IMG/VR virus record: IMGVR_UViG_3300022927_000007
Length of the DNA stretch: 20,000 nt
DNA from: an uncultured virus (IMG/VR IMGVR_UViG_3300022927_000007)
Lineage: Duplodnaviria > Heunggongvirae > Uroviricota > Caudoviricetes
Strand: one strand, 5' to 3'
This document shows positions 16,503 to 20,000 of the stretch, piece after piece. Every line of letters begins with the position of its first letter. The first letter of the stretch is position 1. The translations under genes were made by a program, and so were the position numbers. Under the pieces are notes generated by a model, which saw only the letters and a list, made by a program, of their open reading frames with translations, searched no databases and was not told the origin of the DNA.

Positions 16503-17259
16503 GTTTCAGGTACCTAAAAATTCAAAAGAAGTAAGAGGACAACTTTTTACGTATTTGTACAGAATGTGCGATACAATAACAATAGAATCTCCTCAAGAAA
16601 TACAAGAAGATCGATTTCTTGCATTTAGTCATCCTTTTGATGATTGGGTATTTGATGCTATTCGAGCTAATCCTAAATTAAATTTCTTTCATATTGATAA
16701 TGGTTATATTGGCAATCATAGACACAAGACTCCGTTCTATTATCGAATCAGTTACAACTCATTACAAAATACAAAGCCTTGTCCTGTACCGCATAGTCGG
16801 CGCGAATTTTTAGAATTTGACGATAACTTATGGCAAGACTGGAATCCAATTGGAGAATATAATCTTTTAGTAATGCCCAACAATAGTAATATTTTTAAAT
16901 ACTTGGGACAGGATTATGATACCTGGAGACGAGATACTATACAGTATTATGAGAGTCAACCAACTAAATTAGTTATTAGAGAAAAAGAAGGTAAGCGTAG
17001 ACAAAGATTTAAAGAAGTTTTGCCGTTGATGTCTAATGCAAAACAAGTAATCACATACCATAGTATGGCGGCAGTTGAAGCACTATGTTTAGGAAAGCCA
17101 ATAAAAATACTAGGTCAAAGTGCTGTAGAACACTGGCAAGGACAAACTAATTTTGATCGTTCAGAAATGCTTGAACATATTGCATGGAGTCAATTTTCAA
17201 GAAATGAATTTGCAAGCGGAACTGCATGGAAATGCACATTTAAATATCAGGTAAAATAA
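16489..17259 (+). CDS. Capsular polysaccharide synthesis-like protein (KpsS/KpsC-like GT-B fold)
   Basis: IDNGY and VITYHSMAAVEALCLGKPI (the S..EAL..GKP motif). The ATG at 16489 is preferred over the TTG at 16474. Confidence 0.6.
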   Translation: MHQYKFQVPKNSKEVRGQLFTYLYRMCDTITIESPQEIQEDRFLAFSHPFDDWVFDAIRANPKLNFFHIDNGYIGNHRHKTPFYYRISYNSLQNTKPCPVPHSRREFLEFDDNLWQDWNPIGEYNLLVMPNNSNIFKYLGQDYDTWRRDTIQYYESQPTKLVIREKEGKRRQRFKEVLPLMSNAKQVITYHSMAAVEALCLGKPIKILGQSAVEHWQGQTNFDRSEMLEHIAWSQFSRNEFASGTAWKCTFKYQVK

Positions 17260-17260
17260 T

Positions 17261-17935
17261 ATGTATGTAGAAATTGATGGATGGAGAAGTATTGAAGGTG
17301 ACATTTGTTTAAAGTCTGCTAAAAAGCAAGGCGCAGGTAACATTAATAACTATCAAAACTTAGAACTTGCAACAGCAATGAGCTCGTGTGCAAAATGGCG
17401 AGTTGCCGTTGATGTAGGAGCTCATGTAGGTATTACAGCATATCAAATGGCAAAAAGTTTTGAACACGTTCATGCATTTGAAATTAATCCTCAGATTTAC
17501 AACTGTATGAAACATAATCTTGCTGTTAGAAAAGTTGATAATGTTACAACATATCCTGTTGGTTTAGGAGCAATAGAAGAAACTGTTGAAATTAACACGA
17601 CAAATAAAAGTTTCAGTACACACGTTCGTCCAAACAGTACAGGTTCAATTCCTGTAAAACCTTTAGATTTTTTTAATCTGCGAGATGTAGATTTTATTAA
17701 AATTGATGCTGAGGGATATGAACCGTTTGTAGCAATGGGCGGAATAAAAACCATTGAACGTTGTAGGCCTATAATCTTATATGAATGTAAAGACCACCCA
17801 ACACGTTATGGGTATCATGCTAATAGTATTAGAGAAATTTTAAGTCCATTAGGATATAGAATGATTAGAAAAATAGGCCGCGGCGAAAAAAATGCAGTAA
17901 TAGGTTATCGACCCGGAATGGCACCAGATGTTTGA
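17261..17935 (+). CDS. FkbM-family SAM-dependent methyltransferase
   Basis: VDVGAHVG, VHAFE, VDFIKIDAEGYE, RCRPIILYE. Confidence 0.9.
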   Translation: MYVEIDGWRSIEGDICLKSAKKQGAGNINNYQNLELATAMSSCAKWRVAVDVGAHVGITAYQMAKSFEHVHAFEINPQIYNCMKHNLAVRKVDNVTTYPVGLGAIEETVEINTTNKSFSTHVRPNSTGSIPVKPLDFFNLRDVDFIKIDAEGYEPFVAMGGIKTIERCRPIILYECKDHPTRYGYHANSIREILSPLGYRMIRKIGRGEKNAVIGYRPGMAPDV

Positions 17936-18791
17936 GTTACCGAGATTATATGGAAGTTTAACGCCAGCAAGTGAAAGCTGTGTTGTATTCTTTAGTTGTG
18001 ATTACGATTATTTTGATCGACACGGATTTGCATTACAACAAAGTATTAATAGAACACTAGGTTGGATGCACGTACATTGTCATATTATAAATGAAGGAAA
18101 CATGAATAAACTTGTGTTAGATGATTTACAATCCAAATATAAGTTTACGTATACATGGGAAGATGTCGATAATAAATTTTACACTAATCTAAAAAAGAAT
18201 CATAAGCGCATGAAAGACGGCATTGATATTTTTAAGACTTCTGATTTAGATTATATTGCAAGAAGAACTTATCTTGCAAGTGTTAGATTTATGAGATTAG
18301 ATGAATTATTTCCTAATAAAACTCAACACGTTTTTCAAATTGACTGCGATAGTATTTTAAGAAACGGATTTCATCAATCAGCATTTATGAATCTTGCTTG
18401 TCACGTTGGCATTATGCCTAAACCAAAAGATACAAATGTGTTTATTGCAAGTGCGTTAACATTAGGAATCAATGACGACGGACAACTTTTTAGAAAATTG
18501 TTTAGCGATAACATGAAACAAGGGTTTGATGACGGATGTTATTGGTTTATTGATCAAGATATTCTCAGGCAGACTATCTCGCAATGGAATAACGAATTAA
18601 ACAAACCTTATCATAGTATTCCATATAAGTGGAATGCTTGGGGTCTAAAAAAAGATGATATCTTTTCAACAGGTAAAGGCGGCAAGAAAAATGACAAACG
18701 TTATAAAGCGGCTCAACTACGTTGGTTACCAAATCATTGGAAAGTTAAAATTGAACAAGAATTACGAGAGTTAAATTATGGCAGTAAATGA
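17928..18791 (+). CDS. Putative GT-A glycosyltransferase
   Basis: YLASVRF, DxD motif QIDCDS, WFIDQDIL. Overlaps both neighbours in the cluster. Confidence 0.6.
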   Translation: MFELPRLYGSLTPASESCVVFFSCDYDYFDRHGFALQQSINRTLGWMHVHCHIINEGNMNKLVLDDLQSKYKFTYTWEDVDNKFYTNLKKNHKRMKDGIDIFKTSDLDYIARRTYLASVRFMRLDELFPNKTQHVFQIDCDSILRNGFHQSAFMNLACHVGIMPKPKDTNVFIASALTLGINDDGQLFRKLFSDNMKQGFDDGCYWFIDQDILRQTISQWNNELNKPYHSIPYKWNAWGLKKDDIFSTGKGGKKNDKRYKAAQLRWLPNHWKVKIEQELRELNYGSK

Positions 18792-19350
18792 TGGATTTGT
18801 CATTTACTTGCCATCATATCCTATTAGTGTCAAGATGGCAAATAGGGCGATACAAACAGGTAGAGAACATGGATGGAATATTAGTCTCTACGAAGGTGTA
18901 TTAGGTACTACTAATACACTCGAACAAAATAATCTATATCCAATCGAGCATAAGAAAGCAAAAAGACTATTAGCTCGTCCTGGCACACAAGGATGCTTTT
19001 TAAGCCAATATAATTTATGGAAAAAGTGTGTTAACATTAATACACCTATTTGTATTTTTGAGCACGATGTTGTATTTAAAAAGCCAATGGGAGAATATGA
19101 AGATTGTGATGTATATAAATTTGAAGGCTTTAACAAGGCAAAACCTATACCAGCAGGTAACTGGTTTGAAGGTGCTAGAGCATATCGCATTACGCCTACT
19201 GGGGCAAAAAAGATACTAGACTGGGTGCATACTAATGGAGTCATGCCAGCAGACTGGATGTTATGCGACGGTATTGTGGATATGCGCTTTGATAAGTATA
19301 GTAAAGTCACATATGAAACAAACGTAAGTTTTACAAAGGATCTATCATGA
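18778..19350 (+). CDS. GT25-like (Lex2B/LgtB family) glycosyltransferase
   Basis: FVIYL, GCFLSQYNLWKKC, ICIFEHDV, AYRITPTGAKKIL, PAD. Confidence 0.8.
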   Translation: MAVNDGFVIYLPSYPISVKMANRAIQTGREHGWNISLYEGVLGTTNTLEQNNLYPIEHKKAKRLLARPGTQGCFLSQYNLWKKCVNINTPICIFEHDVVFKKPMGEYEDCDVYKFEGFNKAKPIPAGNWFEGARAYRITPTGAKKILDWVHTNGVMPADWMLCDGIVDMRFDKYSKVTYETNVSFTKDLS

Positions 19351-20000
19351 AGCGTATGATTTATCAGGTAGCAGTTGGTGCCCAAAGCAAACTATACTTG
19401 CATTGTATTGAAAGTGTAAGACAGTATTGTGCAAAATACAATATTGATCATGTAGTTCAAACACAACCTATTTTAAAAATTAGACCAGATATTGAACGGA
19501 CCGGGCGCAGTAAAGAAGCTGTTGAACGCCTCGGGTATCTACCAATTTTTGAAAAAGAAAATGCATTTTCGCATCTATACAAATATGACCAAGTTGCAAT
19601 TGTAGACAGCGACATTTATATCAGACCAACAGCACCAAATATTTTCGAAGAGCTAACAAGTGAATATGCCTTTGGCGCGGTTGCAGAACGTGAACTACCG
19701 TGTGCAAAAAAATACAAATCAAAAATTAAAAAATACAGCAAGTCTGCATTTGAACCATGTACAGATGTAGACTGGAAATGGAACGAACTAGGTGCTGAAT
19801 TCTATAATATGGGATTAATGGTAATTAATTGTCAAAAGTTTCTTCCATATCTAAAAGATCAAACACCAAAGGAATTTTTAAGTAGACCCGAGTTTAAAGA
19901 CTTTGTCGATGGAGTTGGCTATCGTAAATGGTCCACGGATCAAATGTTACTAAACTGGTGGGTTAAAAAAGAAAAAATTCCTACACTTAATATGAATTGG
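19347..20000 (+). CDS. GT8/GT34-like glycosyltransferase (3'-truncated; absent from the supplied ORF track)
   Basis: Hand translation from the ATG at 19347 (ATGA overlap) is open to the window end: MKRMIYQVAVG...VAIVDSDIYI...FYNMGLMVIN...WSTDQMLLNWW. It has DxD, N.G and DQ..LN motifs. Confidence 0.8.
   Translation, partial: MKRMIYQVAVGAQSKLYLHCIESVRQYCAKYNIDHVVQTQPILKIRPDIERTGRSKEAVERLGYLPIFEKENAFSHLYKYDQVAIVDSDIYIRPTAPNIFEELTSEYAFGAVAERELPCAKKYKSKIKKYSKSAFEPCTDVDWKWNELGAEFYNMGLMVINCQKFLPYLKDQTPKEFLSRPEFKDFVDGVGYRKWSTDQMLLNWWVKKEKIPTLNMNW

Noticed and set aside
330..19385. The many minus-strand and off-frame ORFs in the track (e.g. 542-847, 2839-3192, 7650-8054, 8993-9412, 10107-10556, 18888-19385)
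   Set aside because: They are shadows of well-supported + strand genes, with no RBS/promoter or recognisable motifs. Only the HNH ORF was retained.
1..20000. Stop-codon reassignment or programmed frameshift
   Set aside because: Genes tile the window fully under the standard code, and TAA, TAG and TGA all occur as gene ends.
1..20000. tRNA, rRNA, CRISPR array, or cellular/prophage origin
   Set aside because: No cloverleaf or spaced repeat array was seen and the intergenic regions are short. There is no integrase or host housekeeping context, and the RecA-like gene sits in a phage SSB-UvsX-UvsY setting.

Overview
The window is a gene-dense, AT-rich segment of a large T4-like myovirus genome, almost entirely encoded on the + strand with the standard genetic code. 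It runs through three modules. The first is virion/packaging: the end of a gp13-like neck gene, dNMP kinase, a minus-strand HNH/Zn-finger gene, a very large tail sheath, tail tube, a tube-fold paralogue, gp4 head completion, a gp16-like small terminase, two putative head-internal proteins, gp17 large terminase and a 745-aa unknown. The second is recombination/replication: gp32-like SSB, UvsX/RecA, a small acidic protein and UvsY. The third is the start of a glycan-modification cluster: KpsS/KpsC-like protein, FkbM methyltransferase and three glycosyltransferases. Two near-consensus sigma70 promoters, eight T4-late-like TAAATA boxes and two intrinsic terminators are visible. The most unusual signals are: (i) four genes with the exact architecture TAAATA-N5-ATG and no Shine-Dalgarno, suggesting leaderless late mRNAs, with an identical 14-mer shared by the HNH and large-terminase genes; (ii) glycine-zipper and Ala/Gly-rich proteins flanking the terminase that may be packaged, protease-processed, membrane-active cargo; (iii) a structured, repeat-containing gp32 leader. 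All product calls come from motif recognition by eye; no database searches were run.
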